Origin: Carpediemonas membranifera BICM
Lineage: Eukaryota; Protista; Fornicata
Assembly (NCBI GenBank): GCA_019828565.1
Contig: JAHDYR010000056.1
Location: forward strand, 1-55,954
Reading direction: 5' to 3'
DNA length: 55,954 nt
The notes under the pieces were generated by a model. It did no database searches. It was not told where the DNA came from and saw nothing but the letters and a program-made list of their open reading frames with translations. Positions 29,493-41,189 of the stretch are shown one piece after another (positions within the stretch are counted from its first letter, which is position 1; every line of letters starts with the position of its first letter). The position numbers and the translations under genes were made by a program.

Positions 29493-29857
29493 CGAACGAA
29501 ATTTGTCGAAATACCACGCATTTTTAGGTTCACTCCGATGACCCTCGGAAAGGCCAGGTAAGTGTTCGACACTGCGTAATCATCCCAACTGCAGCTCCAG
29601 ATGTCTCAATAATAATCCTGCTCAGCACCGCGACCCATCACCATATTACTCCCGCATCAAGCCTGACTGACAGTGACTGGAGAAGCGGGGCGTCTCAAGA
29701 TACCTTACTTGCGTATATTTCCAATTGGTGTATTGGGCTACTAGCGGCAATAGTGCGGCCCCGGAGAATGCTCTCTCAGCAGTCGATTTGTGGGCCACTT
29801 CAGAGCAGATGAAACAATCCGCTTTTATCTGCTGGGAGTTTAAATGAAGGTGGTTGC

Positions 29858-30202
29858 TCACTTGGACCACTCGACGCTGTTGATGGCCTTGGCGTACTGC
29901 TTCATGCGGCGGCGTTTTGCGATGCTGAGCTTCACCTTCTTGTTTTTGACGTTCTTCTTCACGAGTTCGCCACGAGCAATCATGCTCTCCTCACGCTTCT
30001 TCAGTTTCTGAGCACGAGCTTCGCGCTTCTTCTCCTTCTCGGCGTCTTGGATTGCCTTGAGCTCATTGGCAAGTGCTTTCGCCTTCATCAAGCGTTCTTT
30101 CTCCGCCATTTTCTCCTCCCAAGTCGTAGACTTGTTGTTAGTCATGCTAGACTTCCTAGAGCGCTCTTGCTTCCAGCCACGGCCGCTCACTTCACCCGCC
30201 AT
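29858..30202 (-). CDS. CGR1: Cgr1/CCDC86-family rRNA-processing protein
   Basis: VSGRGWK...TWEEKMAEKERLMKAKALANELK; small, basic coiled coil. Confidence 0.75.
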   Translation of the reverse strand: MAGEVSGRGWKQERSRKSSMTNNKSTTWEEKMAEKERLMKAKALANELKAIQDAEKEKKREARAQKLKKREESMIARGELVKKNVKNKKVKLSIAKRRRMKQYAKAINSVEWSK

Positions 30203-30326
30203 TGTCTCCCGGTGCAGCTTAACCGCGAGACGGTTGGGGCATGAAATGGCACATATGGACAGATGGCAATGCTAGCTACTGTTGATGTTTCACCTTGCAG
30301 GGAAATAAGTGGCTTCTCAATGCTAC

Positions 30327-30575
30327 CTAACGAGCAAAGCTTGATGGAGAGCCTTCGTAAGGGGAACTGGAGTTGAGATATGGACTCAGATCATCGTGTT
30401 TGCTCGATTGGTTCCTGCTATGGCTTAATATACTTCCGCCGCGCTTCGAATATCTCACATCGTCAGCGTTCGAGGTGTCCTCTGCATATTCAGGGTTGGT
30501 CCGTTTCATAATACGCATCATCTGCTCATACTCATCGGGAGTCATTCGAATTTCAAACGTATAGCTCTCGCTCAT
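30327..30575 (-). CDS. Small hypothetical protein
   Basis: ATG ORF MSESYTFEIRMTPDEYEQMM...; protein-like composition only. Confidence 0.35.
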   Translation of the reverse strand: MSESYTFEIRMTPDEYEQMMRIMKRTNPEYAEDTSNADDVRYSKRGGSILSHSRNQSSKHDDLSPYLNSSSPYEGSPSSFAR

Positions 30576-31155
30576 GTCGTTGAGGCGCAAGAGAAATTCT
30601 GTGACATATTCTGCACCTCACGACACGACGGTTGATTCAATCAACCACTGGACACACTCGACTGGCCTGGACGCATTCATTGCTAATGCGTCCATCAGCC
30701 GTCATTAGCTCAGAGTTGGCACCGCCTTGGTGCTTTATCGTTCTGTGCAGACCTCCACCATCTTTGCGTGACATTGCCATATGAACAAAAAACTGCGAAC
30801 AGCTGTACGATAGCATAGTTCCGCTCAATGCCTGACTTGTATCACCCAGCCCTCATCCTTAGTCAACTACCGTCTGACTACCGTCTACGGACGAATCAAG
30901 GCGCCGCACTCGGACCTGGTATACCGGTAAAACGGATGGTACTGCTTCAGGATCTTGTTCTCACATCACATGACAGACCCTGTCGCGGGCCATGGCGACA
31001 TGGAAGTCCAGCCCCTCCAGTCCCTCAATCGGTGAAAGCCCACCGGGGGAGTGTGTCGCGTGTGTACTTGAAGAGTTGGCATAGATGATCTTCACTGTAT
31101 CTTTATAAGCATGGGACTAAAAAAACAGTGAACCGACGACGCCAGCCCATGCATT

Positions 31156-31830
31156 TCAAAATGTAATAATGTACAAAAGATAGACAACTCTGCGCTTCAG
31201 AATCGCCAGCAGCCGCCTCACAATCCCCACGTGCGCGTCGTCCCCGTCAGATGGGTACTCGATCTGCTCATCTCTCGAATCTGCCAGTCTCAACCCGAAA
31301 TCCAAGCGGACGAAAACCGAGTCCTCAGCGTCTAAGGAAACAGTGGAGGCACTGGGCACGTTGTCTACGTTTCCAACCCACGAGAATCCCGAGAATTTGA
31401 GCTGGTCTTCAGGTGAAATCCTGCTCTCGGCAACGGACTCCGTGAATGAAAGGGTCGAGTCGTGATGAACCGTCTCGCTCACTGAATGGGAAGACTGCTG
31501 GTCTGGCGTAACAGTGGATAAAGAAGCCATGGATTCGTCAAGCTCCTCGGTTCGGGCGGTCTGGAGCGAGGAACCGAGCGAACGGATGGAGGCTCCGTAG
31601 TCGTTAACATAATGGTGCCGTCCCTCGCGGAAAGCGTCTTTGAGGGCTTTCATATTACGTCTGGAGAGGCTAAGGCGCTTCTTTTGTCGCCTTGGCATGT
31701 CTTTCGCCGCCTTTTGGTGGTATTCAATCGTTTCACGTCCAACACTTGCAAACTCTTCTATTTGTGCTGCATCAAAGCCGGCTTTAACCATGCCTTGAAC
31801 AAAATGATCTGGATCTGGTTTCTTCGCCAT
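31156..31830 (-). CDS. Hypothetical protein
   Basis: ~224-aa ORF from MAKKPDPD; hydrophobic C terminus. Confidence 0.55.
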   Translation of the reverse strand: MAKKPDPDHFVQGMVKAGFDAAQIEEFASVGRETIEYHQKAAKDMPRRQKKRLSLSRRNMKALKDAFREGRHHYVNDYGASIRSLGSSLQTARTEELDESMASLSTVTPDQQSSHSVSETVHHDSTLSFTESVAESRISPEDQLKFSGFSWVGNVDNVPSASTVSLDAEDSVFVRLDFGLRLADSRDEQIEYPSDGDDAHVGIVRRLLAILKRRVVYLLYIITF

Positions 31831-32113
31831 CTTCACTTGTGGCTTGCTTGCCCCAATGGCACACTTTGACTCGGCCCCGAGTTCGCGTGGCAGGCCGGCC
31901 CCAGCACATGCCTAGCCACTTGTACTGGCGGGTTCGGTCAGCATCTTCCCAAAATTCATGCGCAAGGATCCAGGAAGACTTACGAAGACCACATGCAGTG
32001 TCACCCCAACGCTCTCCTGTAAAAACGGGACAACCAACACATTCACTCAAGAGCGAATAGTTTACTAGAATAATGCAAAACCGCCGCTAGCCCCAACCAA
32101 CCATCATGACTCT

Positions 32114-33619
32114 CTACCCTCTGCCGCTGAGAATACTGCCAAGAATACTCGGGTCGAAACTCACAGCAGGCGTATCCATCCGACTCCGAAGCCTCTGCCC
32201 AAGCACAATCTGATCCAAACCGACTGCGGTCGGGTCATTGTCCACGTACTGGGCATAAGTCAAGTCCTCCTCCTCCATGGGAGCAATCGATTCAAGATTA
32301 GGCGGGCTGGGTGGGGGTATGGTGGGGGCGGGCGGGGATTCGTAGCCAAGAGCATGGTGGGCGGGTCGGCTTGGTTTCGCCTTGTGTCCACCCATGCGCT
32401 CGCGTCTTCCACTAGACGCTGGGATGGACGCAATTTGAGCCATGTCGTTATTCTGCTCGCTTTCAGAGTCAGTCGAGTCATCGTTAGCCTGCACCGTGGC
32501 ACCCGCCCCAGCATATTGTAGCTCCTCGACCGTTCCAGCAAACCTGACTCTGCTGTTGCTGTGTGTCAGAGTTGCCTCTGGGTCATCCCGCGAAATCACC
32601 TGTAAGTCTTTCAGCAGATCAGACTGAGTGAATCTTCCTTTCATCATCTGCGAGGCCGGAGGTCGTCTCAGTCTGTTTTGGAAAGTTTCCCACGCCTTGC
32701 CCTTAAACGGGGGCGATGGTGGTCCGTGCTCATCATGGGGCTGGGCGAGTGCCTCTTCGATGGCGAGGGGCAGCGTGCGGTTGACTTGGACGAACTCGAC
32801 CGTGCACAAGTTCTGGAGCTCCTCGGGTGATGTGACTGATGAACTGTGGTCCTGCAGGTGGAAGGACTCCGTACACGCGGCGAGGAAGGCGATCAGTGGA
32901 ATTCTCCGTGGCTTTTTGCGCAGATTATGCGATGCGTATGGTAAATGCACAGTCCCGGGGTGAGAGACGAGGGGGGTGGGGGCGTCGGGGTCAGCATCCA
33001 CGACATCCGTCCACAACGGGGCTATGAGATCATCCAGCGTGTCTCTGAAACTGGCGGGCATCGGGGCGAGCAGAGTAGTTACGGCCGGGCGAGAGGTGGG
33101 AAACTCCAGCACAGGGACTGGAAGAAGGCGGGCACGGGCCATGTCTACGCGGTGGCATGGCATGTGGGCCACAGGACATATGTCGCTGAGCTTGGAGCGG
33201 AGAAATAGGAAGTAAAGGAGGTCTGCGGTGGTGTAACGGGCATAAAGGAAGGACGCAAAGAGCGCCGCGGCAACTGAGGTCTCGCGGTGGAGGTCTATGA
33301 CATCTAGGAACTGCTGGAGGTGGGTTTCGGTGAGAGAATCGAGGCCGAAGGCTTTCCAGAAGTGGGAAAAGACGAATGAACTAAAGGGGCGGAAGTCGGA
33401 GTCGTTGATCACCTCTTGGGCATATGCAGTCATCCGGTCGTTGTATATAGTGTCTACAATGCCTAATGCCCACTCTAACGACTTGCTGGAGGATTTGCTT
33501 CGCTTTGGACCGCCTCTCCGACCGGAATTGGGAGTTCTAACAAGTGTAGACTCTAGCTCAAATGGGAATATCAAAGAGGAAGATAATGCCGACTTCGAAC
33601 CACTTCTAGACATCGACAT
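32114..33619 (-). CDS. Hypothetical protein; N-terminal region weakly TSNAXIP1-like
   Basis: 501-aa ORF; WALGIVDTIY...FVFSHFWKAFGL...LFASFL pattern. Confidence 0.6.
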   Translation of the reverse strand: MSMSRSGSKSALSSSLIFPFELESTLVRTPNSGRRGGPKRSKSSSKSLEWALGIVDTIYNDRMTAYAQEVINDSDFRPFSSFVFSHFWKAFGLDSLTETHLQQFLDVIDLHRETSVAAALFASFLYARYTTADLLYFLFLRSKLSDICPVAHMPCHRVDMARARLLPVPVLEFPTSRPAVTTLLAPMPASFRDTLDDLIAPLWTDVVDADPDAPTPLVSHPGTVHLPYASHNLRKKPRRIPLIAFLAACTESFHLQDHSSSVTSPEELQNLCTVEFVQVNRTLPLAIEEALAQPHDEHGPPSPPFKGKAWETFQNRLRRPPASQMMKGRFTQSDLLKDLQVISRDDPEATLTHSNSRVRFAGTVEELQYAGAGATVQANDDSTDSESEQNNDMAQIASIPASSGRRERMGGHKAKPSRPAHHALGYESPPAPTIPPPSPPNLESIAPMEEEDLTYAQYVDNDPTAVGLDQIVLGQRLRSRMDTPAVSFDPSILGSILSGRG

Positions 33620-34500
33620 GGCCGAGTAAACGCAGAAACGTTCCGATTTTTCGCAGGATAGCCCCGGAAGGATCGAACAATATGTCTTATACTGCGCAAC
33701 ACTGCTCTGTCTCCCTCCTACTCACGTCTTAAGTCGGTAGGGAGATCGTCTTCTCCAGAGCTCCTGGGTGAGATCCTGGGGCGCGAGGGGCAGCATCTGC
33801 AAGGTGTCTCAGCAAGAGGGCCACCTCGCCAATGATTGTAAACGCCGGTCACGATTGGCAACAACACCTCAGTGGCGCTGGTCTCATCGTTTGTCCAAGG
33901 CCATCTTCGAGGAGCAGTCCGTGCATGGGGCAGTTGTGTGAGCCAAGACTTGTATTGTTGGGCGGGGTCATCGTTGTGGCCGGGAAAAACTGCCTTGGTC
34001 TCGATGCGGAGGTCATTGCCGCGTTGACCTCATTCGTCCTTGGAATTGAAGGAAGCAAGAACTGCGCCTAAAGAAGTCCCTTTATATTGCATAAAACAAC
34101 ACCCGTCGAGAGGGAGCAAGTACACTGTTCAACAGCGGACGAGCTCGACGGCCGTCCTGCTGCTTAGAGGCGGCGGCGGAAAAGAAGCACGTGGGGCTCG
34201 GGGTTGTGCCAAGCATAGTGCTCCCAGCCCACAGACTGCTGGATACCGAGGCCTCTCCATTCACTCTCGGAAAGAAGACTGTGTTAGTGTTTTTGGAGAC
34301 TTGGGTGCAAACCGGCCACGGGGAAGGCGACGGCGAAGCTCCTCAGGAACTATGATTTGACGGTACTCGTACGTATCATCGGCGTACTTGTCCGAATAAT
34401 AGAAGCCCTTAAAAGACATTCCCATCTTGGCAGAGATTTTCTGATCTTAACCTGCGAATTTTGGCAGAGAAGTCTGCGAGACGATTGAGAGTTACTTTAC

Positions 34501-34530
34501 TGCTTGCACTGTGCACTCTATGATACTTCA
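34501..34530 (+). repeat. 30-bp direct repeat of the Fanzor 3' end motif
   Basis: TGCTTGCACTGTGCACTCTATGATACTTCA, identical to 35458..35487. Confidence 0.9.
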
Positions 34531-34611
34531 TTACCCCTTCCCGCTCTCCCTTCCTTCTTCTTGAGAGTGATATTTCGATAGTCAGTCATCATCGTCGGGG
34601 GTCATCAATCA

Positions 34612-35442
34612 GTGCTTCTCCAGTCCTCTCGCCAAGCAACTAGCCACCCAGATGGCACTACCAGCTCCGGTGTGGTCCCGAAGTGTGGGTACACCAAGAC
34701 CCCCAGCTTCGCGTTCGATATGACTCCTGCGTCATTCAAAAGTACAAATCTAGATAGTCTACAAAACTCGATTAGGTTTGTGCTCCTCCACGAGCAGGAA
34801 ATATTCGACGCTGGGATGGTCAAGAGCTTCCGCAGAGTGCGCCTGACGAACCACATCTTGCGTCAAAAGCACTTCCACAGAGCTGGGGAGCAGCTTGCTC
34901 GCACCCTAGGATGGACTCCTCGGCGACTCCCTCGCAGTATTGCCCCTCCCCGGGCAGCCCCCACCAGGCTGGTTGTCTTCTACGGAAGCGCTAGATTCAA
35001 GACGCCCCGTCGGGTGCATCCATGCGCGCCGTATGGTCGCTTTGCTACCTTACTACCACACATCATGAGAGCTTTCAACATCACTGCTGAAGTGCGGATG
35101 ACTAACGAGTTCCGAACCTCACTCGTCTGCCCCTTCTGCCGCGCGAGGTTCCGTAGAACTCGCTACACGAGGCGCACGATGCGATGCCACAACCCGAATT
35201 GTCAAGGTGCTCCATGGTACAGACAGCAACGCCTCAATTCCGATCCTACTACCACCAATTGGCTCAATCTCTCCCACAGAGACAAGACTGCTGCACAGAA
35301 CATCTTGGATTGCGGCCTCATGACGGATGCACAGTATCAAGCCAGTGCTTTCAGAAATCCAGCCCGTCTTCCCAACTATAACCCCAATACACCAATTACG
35401 GCTAACCAGCCGCTAGTCTTCGCTTCCGGGCAAGCTAATTGA
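34612..35442 (+). pseudogene. Fanzor1/TnpB-family RuvC nuclease, 5'-truncated
   Basis: LVVFYGSARF, TNEFRTSLVCPFC (RuvC-II plus Zn finger), CHNPNC and HRDKTAAQNIL (RuvC-III). No intact RuvC-I or N-terminal lobe, and an in-frame stop at 34579. Confidence 0.85.
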
Positions 35443-35489
35443 AGTGGAGAGACGCAGTGCTTGCACTGTGCACTCTATGATACTTCAAT
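35438..35489 (+). ncRNA. Candidate omegaRNA scaffold 3' portion / element right end
   Basis: A stem-loop ATTGAAGT...CAGTGC-TT-GCACTG...ACTTCAAT overlaps the Fanzor stop codon and contains TTCAA, like IS200/IS605 right ends. Confidence 0.5.
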
Positions 35490-35672
35490 AGCGTGCCGAC
35501 ACCACGCCCAGCCACGCTCCTCAAAGACGACCCAGTGATCGTAGCCCGTTTATAGCGTGAGTATAGTGATGCTGGCCGTTTTTCACCGGCAACCGGTTCT
35601 CTCAGCAGTTGATGAGATCGGAGAATCATTTATGATGCGGGTGTGGGTGGCGGTCGATTTCCATGACATGGT

Positions 35673-35822
35673 CTACCTCAAGGACGTCTCAACGCTCTGG
35701 CACGTCTGCTCCAGCAGCCTAATCAGCGTCTCCTCCGTCTGCTGCCGGTCTTCCCTCTCCTGGGCGACGTCCGCAGTCATCCGAGTCGCCACATCCTCCA
35801 GCATCTTAAACATGGTCTGCTT
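35673..35822 (-). pseudogene. SF-assemblin/beta-giardin-like C-terminal fragment fused to retroelement sequence
   Basis: QTMFKMLEDVATRMTADVAQEREDRQQTEETLIRLLEQTCQSVETSLR* resembles the ERExxEETLLxLLExTC tail of SF-assemblin-family proteins. Confidence 0.5.
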
Positions 35823-36335
35823 GTAGCGGAGGGATTGGTCCAGACCTTCGCAAGGCAGACTCCACGCCGGTGAGGGGGCGAGGGCATGGTCGACTAGACA
35901 CCACCGCCAAGGGGCATGGTCGCCCAGGCGGAACATGGTATCCCTAGCTCCCAGGTATGCGGCGTGCCATATATCGCGGGGGTCTTTCAATCCCAGGCCA
36001 CCATCTCTAGCAGGTTGGTATACTGTATCGGTAACACCATCGAGGTGCAGGATTGAGCGTAAGAAGACTTCGAGCTCGGATTTGATGAGCTCTGGGATGC
36101 CAGGCCTGGGGCTTACGGTGCGGAACATGGTCATGAGCGTGGGGAGTGTGCACTTCTTAAGGATGTTGAAGCACACCCAGACTCCAAGCTGCGACCCTGG
36201 CTTCTCTGTAGGTGTTGTTTGTTGGCCATCCGTCCCTATTTCCCTCTCGATGTTGGTTCACATCCCTGCATGCCTGGGGCCATCCAAGTTTGTCCTGAGT
36301 CCCGTTATGAGCCTATCTCGATCAATTCCCTGATG
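35823..36335 (-). mobile_element. Non-LTR retrotransposon ORF2 remnant (RT thumb region)
   Basis: VYQPARDGGLGLKDPRDIWHAAYLGA; degraded upstream, with stops. Confidence 0.7.
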
Positions 36336-36563
36336 TTTCTCTGTCCCTTGTCCCGTCACGGGGCCTTCGAGCCGGCTCCGGTTACCCGTGGCGGGCCAAC
36401 TATGGGTTACCCTGGTGACAATCCTTACCTTCGGGCAGGGATACTTAGGAGGGGGCGCATTGGCGTGACCCCCCCTTTGGCTGCCGCCACAGCCCACCGG
36501 CAGTGCATTTCAGCTAATGCCGGACCCTGAGTGGGAGCCAGGGTTGGATTAAAAGAAAATAAA
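36336..36563 (-). other. Conserved structured segment upstream of non-LTR ORF2, copy A
   Basis: Homologous to 55026..55240(+), with conserved stems and compensatory changes. Confidence 0.7.
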
Positions 36564-36642
36564 TCACAACTATCACTATCTCCATCAAAGGGTACCACTT
36601 TACCCTGCTTAATCGGTCTCCGTTGAGCTGCCACTGTCACTG

Positions 36643-39600
36643 TGTTGGGCAATTTTAGTTATAACCATTTTTGCCCTTGATCGGGTTTCGAATAAACCTC
36701 ACTTCGTCATTAGTTCTCTTTATTTGGCCACAGTAAGCTTACTCACCGCCATGGACTATCAAACGATTTCAGCCCCTTTTCTCAACGACATTCGTTCCGA
36801 AACGGCCTTCTGCAGCTTCAACGACAAGTTCGAGGCCTATTCCGCCCAAGTTCCCGACGACAGAGCACTATCTGTCCGTATGCTCATTTCCAGCCGTGTT
36901 TTACGCCTGATCCGCCTTCGCATTGACAACTTTGACGACCTTCCAGATGAAAACGTCCTGTCGGCGATCTACTCCGCTTTATTCGCTCCCAAGAGCACTC
37001 AGGCCGTTCTGTCTAAGCTGGAAGCAACCGCCATGTCCTCCACGACGGCCAGCAACAGCGCTCTGCTCGCCTACCTCGACAGGTTCGACCGCGTCGAGGA
37101 CCTCTGTTCCACTTACCTCCCCGATGAGAAGACACTACGCCGCACTTTCATCCGCGGACTGTCCCCAGATTCACTGCGCCGCCGGGTCAAGGCCTCCGAA
37201 CCTGAGACGCTCGCCGACGCCAAGCGTGCCGCCTTCCAAGAGGTCGAGACCTTGGCTGAGGCCAAGCGCACCATCGCCGAGTTCGGTCAGCCCGAGGTCC
37301 CGCGCCCTCAGGCCACACGTCCGCCTCCGAGCTTCCACCCCACTCGTCCTCACGCTACCGCAGCGCCTGCTCCCCACTTCCCATCCAACAAACCAGACAA
37401 CCATAAGCCTGCCGGTACCCCTGCCAAGCCGCAGCCTGTCTGCCATGGATGCGGCCTCTCCGGCCACCTTAGGCCTGACTGCCCCAACAAGTCCAAGCCC
37501 GGCTTCTTCGCTACGGGCCGCCGGACGACGCCCATCTCTCTGAAGATGGCAACAAGCGGACCAGTCATGCGCCTCAGCACCAACGTACGAGCCTTCGCGC
37601 CCGTCGGCTCCCCTGCTCCCCAGAGCACCGACCGCGTCGACGCCCTGGTCGACACAGGCGCCTCCTCATCCTTCATCAGCCCAGTGCTGGCCAAGTCTCT
37701 GGGCCTGGTCATGATCCCTGATGAGCTCAAGATAAGCACGGCCAATGGCATCGCCACGTCTGCCCATCGCACGCTCCTTGACATCAAGGTCAACAGGTCT
37801 CCCCCACTCAGTCGGAGGTACTATCAGCGCCCACGTCCTCAACACCGGTGAGCCCCTCATCCTTGGGTTCGACGTGATCCAAACGTTCAACCTACTGGCT
37901 CCTCCCGCGACTGAGCCTCAGGACCTCGGCGAGGTTACACCCCTTGACGAAGATGGCCAGATCGAGCTCGATGAAAACGTCGCAGCCCTCGCTCGCGAGT
38001 TCGAAGACATCTTCGGTCCCATCCCTCGTGAGCCTGCCAAGGTTCAGCCTATGGAGATCGCCGTCACGGACGAAACTCCGACCCACGTTCCCCCTCGCCG
38101 GCTCTCCCCGGCCATGACTGAGGTCATCGATCGAGAGGTCGAGGCCCTCCTTGAGGCTGGCATCATCCGCCTATCGGAGTCGGCTTACTCCGCCCCTTGC
38201 TTCGTCGTGCCAAAGACGAACGGTGAACATAGGATGGTCGTAGACTACCGCCTCCTCAACTCAGTCAGCCGCGACTTCCGATTCCCCCTGCAGAACATTA
38301 AGTCCATCTTGTCTCGCCTGAATGGCAGCAAGTACTTCACCACGCTTGACCTGCGCAGTGGCTACCACCAGTTCCCCCTCGACGCAACAGCTGTTCCTCG
38401 GACTGCATTTGCCACGCACAACGGCCTGTACGAGTTCGTTAGAGTCCCCTTCGGTCTCAAGAACGCGCCTTCCTACTTCCAGCGAGGCATGATGCGGATC
38501 TTAGCTCCACTCTTGGGCCGCGGGGTCGAGTGCTACCTTGATGATGTCATCGTACACGCGTCTACGATCGAGGGCCACAACTCCCTTCTGCATCAGGTCT
38601 TCGAACTCGTCCGCGCCCACAACTTACGCCTGAAGCTGAGCAAGTGCGTCTTCCTCCGCACCGAGCTCGAGTTCGTCGGCCACACGGTCTGCTCACAGGG
38701 CATCAGCATCTCCAGCTGGCGCAAGGAAGCCCTCGGCTCAATGACCGTTCCGTCAAACCCCTCCGAGCTGCGAAGCTTCTGCGGTCTCGCGAACTATTAC
38801 CGTGACCATGTCGCAGATTTCGCCCGTATCATGGCTCCCCTGTACGACCTCTGCGGCTCCAAGACCGTTTTCGAGTGGGGTGAGTCCGAACAGACTGCTT
38901 GGGACACCGTCAAGCGCGCTATCGTCCAGGCACCCCTCCTATCTTTCCCAGACTACTCGAAGCCCCTGGTGATCAAGACCGACGCTTCTTCGCTCGGCTG
39001 TGGCGCTCTCCTCGCGCAGCAAGATCCCGTCTCCGGCAAGGGAGGCACCTGTCGCCTTCGTCTCGCGCCGCTTCACGATGACTGAGTCAGCTTGGGCCAC
39101 GATCGAGCAAGAAGCATATGGAATCTTCTTCGCCATCACCAAGTTCGATCCGTTCATCCGAGGCCAGTTCTTCGAGGTCCAGACCGATCATAAGAACTTG
39201 ATCTACATGTCGCGCAGTGAGACCCCGAAGGTCGTGCGCTGGAGCCTCCGTCTCCAAGAGTATGTCTTCGTGATTCATCACATCCCCGGCCTCGACAACG
39301 CGGCCGCAGATGTCCTCTCTCGCTGTCTCAAGGCTGTCACTTCCCTGTCTGACCATCATGTGGACATTGAGTCCGTGCATGGTCCCGTCGCCGGCCATAT
39401 GGGCGCCGTGACCACCATGGAGCGCCTCAAGCTCCGCGGCATCGAATGGACCAACATGCTGGATGACATCAAGGGCTTTATTGCCTCATGCCCCATCTGT
39501 CAGAAGGTCCGCGAGACAGCCAAGAAGACGACTTCTACCCTGCGTCCTACGTTCTCCTCTGACCCGTTCGTGGCCGTCTCCATCGACACTATGGGTCCCT

Positions 39601-40679
39601 TCCCGGAGGATGACTTTGGTAACAAGTTTATCATCGTCACGGTTGACAACTTCTCACGCTTTACAGAGCTAGTCGCTGTCCCTTCAACTTCCTCCGAGTC
39701 TGCCTGCCGCGCATTCATCCAGTTCGCCGGCCACTACGGATTCCCTCAGACCGTCCGCACTGATGGCGGCTCCCAGTTCACTGCCAAGCTCTTCAAGGAG
39801 ATCTTGGCCTCCCTGCACGTGGCCCACACCGTCACGCTGCCCTACCACCACCGCGCGAACGGCCTAGTCGAGAGGGTCAACCGCGAGGTGAACCGTCATC
39901 TCGTCGCCTTGACCTCTGAACTCAGACTCTCCTCCAAGTGGTCTCTGTACCTGCCCATGGTCCAACGCCTTCTTAACGCTACCACCAACTCTAGCATTGG
40001 CATGTCACCCGCTGCCCTCGTCTTCGGCACCGCCGTCAACCTCGACCGCAGCATCATCGACGTAGTGTCACAGGGAGAGGGAGAGCACCCAGACATCGTC
40101 CAAATCCAGGAGATCCTCGTTCAAGCAGCCCGCCTTAACCAGGATCAGACCTTCAACCCCGGCCCTTCAACCTCGGACGTCTTTGCCATCGGCGACCAGG
40201 TCTTAGTAACCTACCCGACGCGTCCCGACAGCAAGTTGACCCCCAAGCTCATGGGCCCCTACACCATAACTTCCCGCTCGAACGACATTTACGAGGTTAT
40301 CAATCCTGCGACTCGTCGCACCAGACCTATCACGCCACACGCCTCCGCCGCTTCGTCTCCAATGGCCTCCTCACTGACATCGAGCTCGTCGCCATGGACG
40401 AGGACTCCTACCTTGTACAAGAGATCCTGGCCCACCGTGGCGGCCCCAACAAGACCTCCTTCGAGTTTCTCATCCGCTGGGATGGCTATGGTGCCGAGGA
40501 CGACCAATGGCTTCCCTACCTCGAGGTCAGGGACCTCGAGGCTCTCGACTATTATCTCGAGTGTCACCCACTCTTCTAAGAGAGAGAAGTGTTGGGCAAT
40601 TTTAGTTATAACCATTTTTGCCCTTGATCGGGTTTCGAATAAACCTCACTTCGTCATTAGTTCTCTTTATTTGGCCACA
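36643..40679 (+). mobile_element. Ty3/Gypsy chromovirus-type LTR retrotransposon 1 (90-bp LTRs, TSD ACTG)
   Basis: Identical TG...CA LTRs at 36643..36732 and 40590..40679; ACTG at 36639..36642 and 40680..40683; PPT AAGAGAGAGAAG at 40578..40589. Confidence 0.95.
36751..40579 (+). CDS. gag-pol of element 1 (CCHC, protease, RT, RNase H, integrase, chromodomain), three apparent frameshifts
   Basis: CHGCGLSGHLRPDC; LVDTGAS; YLDD; TDAS; H..H..CPIC plus DTMG/TDGG/VERVN; YLVQEILAHR...FLIRWDGYGAEDDQWLP. Frame changes near 37800, 39040 and 40330. Confidence 0.9.
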
Positions 40680-40683
40680 ACTG

Positions 40684-40979
40684 CCATCGTCGCTCTGGTT
40701 CTCGGTTGCCATCCCCTGTTGTTGCTGCATGGTCTTCATCACCGTTGACACGATCTGGGCCACTAGCTCCATCTGGTTTAGCTGTCTCGGCTTGCGAGAC
40801 CTCTTTGTCCGAGTCCTCTTCTTGTGGCGGACTACCCTGTGCTCCTTGCCGGTACCCTGGTTTCCCTGGGTGTCAGCCGGTGCTGGGGTTGGCGTCGCCT
40901 GCTCCTACTCCCTGCTGTCCCTGGCCCTGAGTGCGAGAATCAGCTTCTTGGCTTCATCAAGTTCCTTCCTGAGTTCAGG
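40684..40979 (-). pseudogene. Degraded coiled-coil/basic ORF (possible non-LTR ORF1 end), continuing at 36638..36609 across element 1
   Basis: After removing element 1 and one TSD, it reads ...QQQGMATENQSDDGS|DSGSSTETD* in frame; one internal stop. Confidence 0.45.
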
Positions 40980-41189
40980 CTACTTCCGGCCGCGGACCTC
41001 GACGAGGAGCTCAATGTCAGCCTTGTGATGTGGCACGTCAATGTAACACATGGAGATCGGCTTCTTGAGGCAGGGGGAGAAGAGACCAGAGGTGATCTCC
41101 CCGGCAGGAGCACCGCTGGGGGTGAAGACTGGCGTGTGCTCGCGGGCGGGGCGCCCTTGATGCAGAGACCGACACGGCGGTGGGTGAGG
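40980..41189 (-). pseudogene. Glycine cleavage system T protein (aminomethyltransferase) C-terminal fragment
   Basis: DPKLL (from 45786..45772)|THRRVGLCIKGAP(fs)AREHTPVFTPSGAPAGEITSGLFSPCLKKPISMCYI...LLVEVRGRK*: GcvT C-terminal signature. Confidence 0.75.

Noticed and set aside
33650-34500. Possible N-terminal part of the Fanzor gene or its transposase
   Set aside because: Only short, stop-interrupted frames with no recognisable RuvC-I or transposase motifs; left unassigned.
34501-35487. CRISPR array suggested by the 30-bp direct repeat
   Set aside because: Only two copies, 957 bp apart, with no spacer series or cas genes, in a eukaryotic context.
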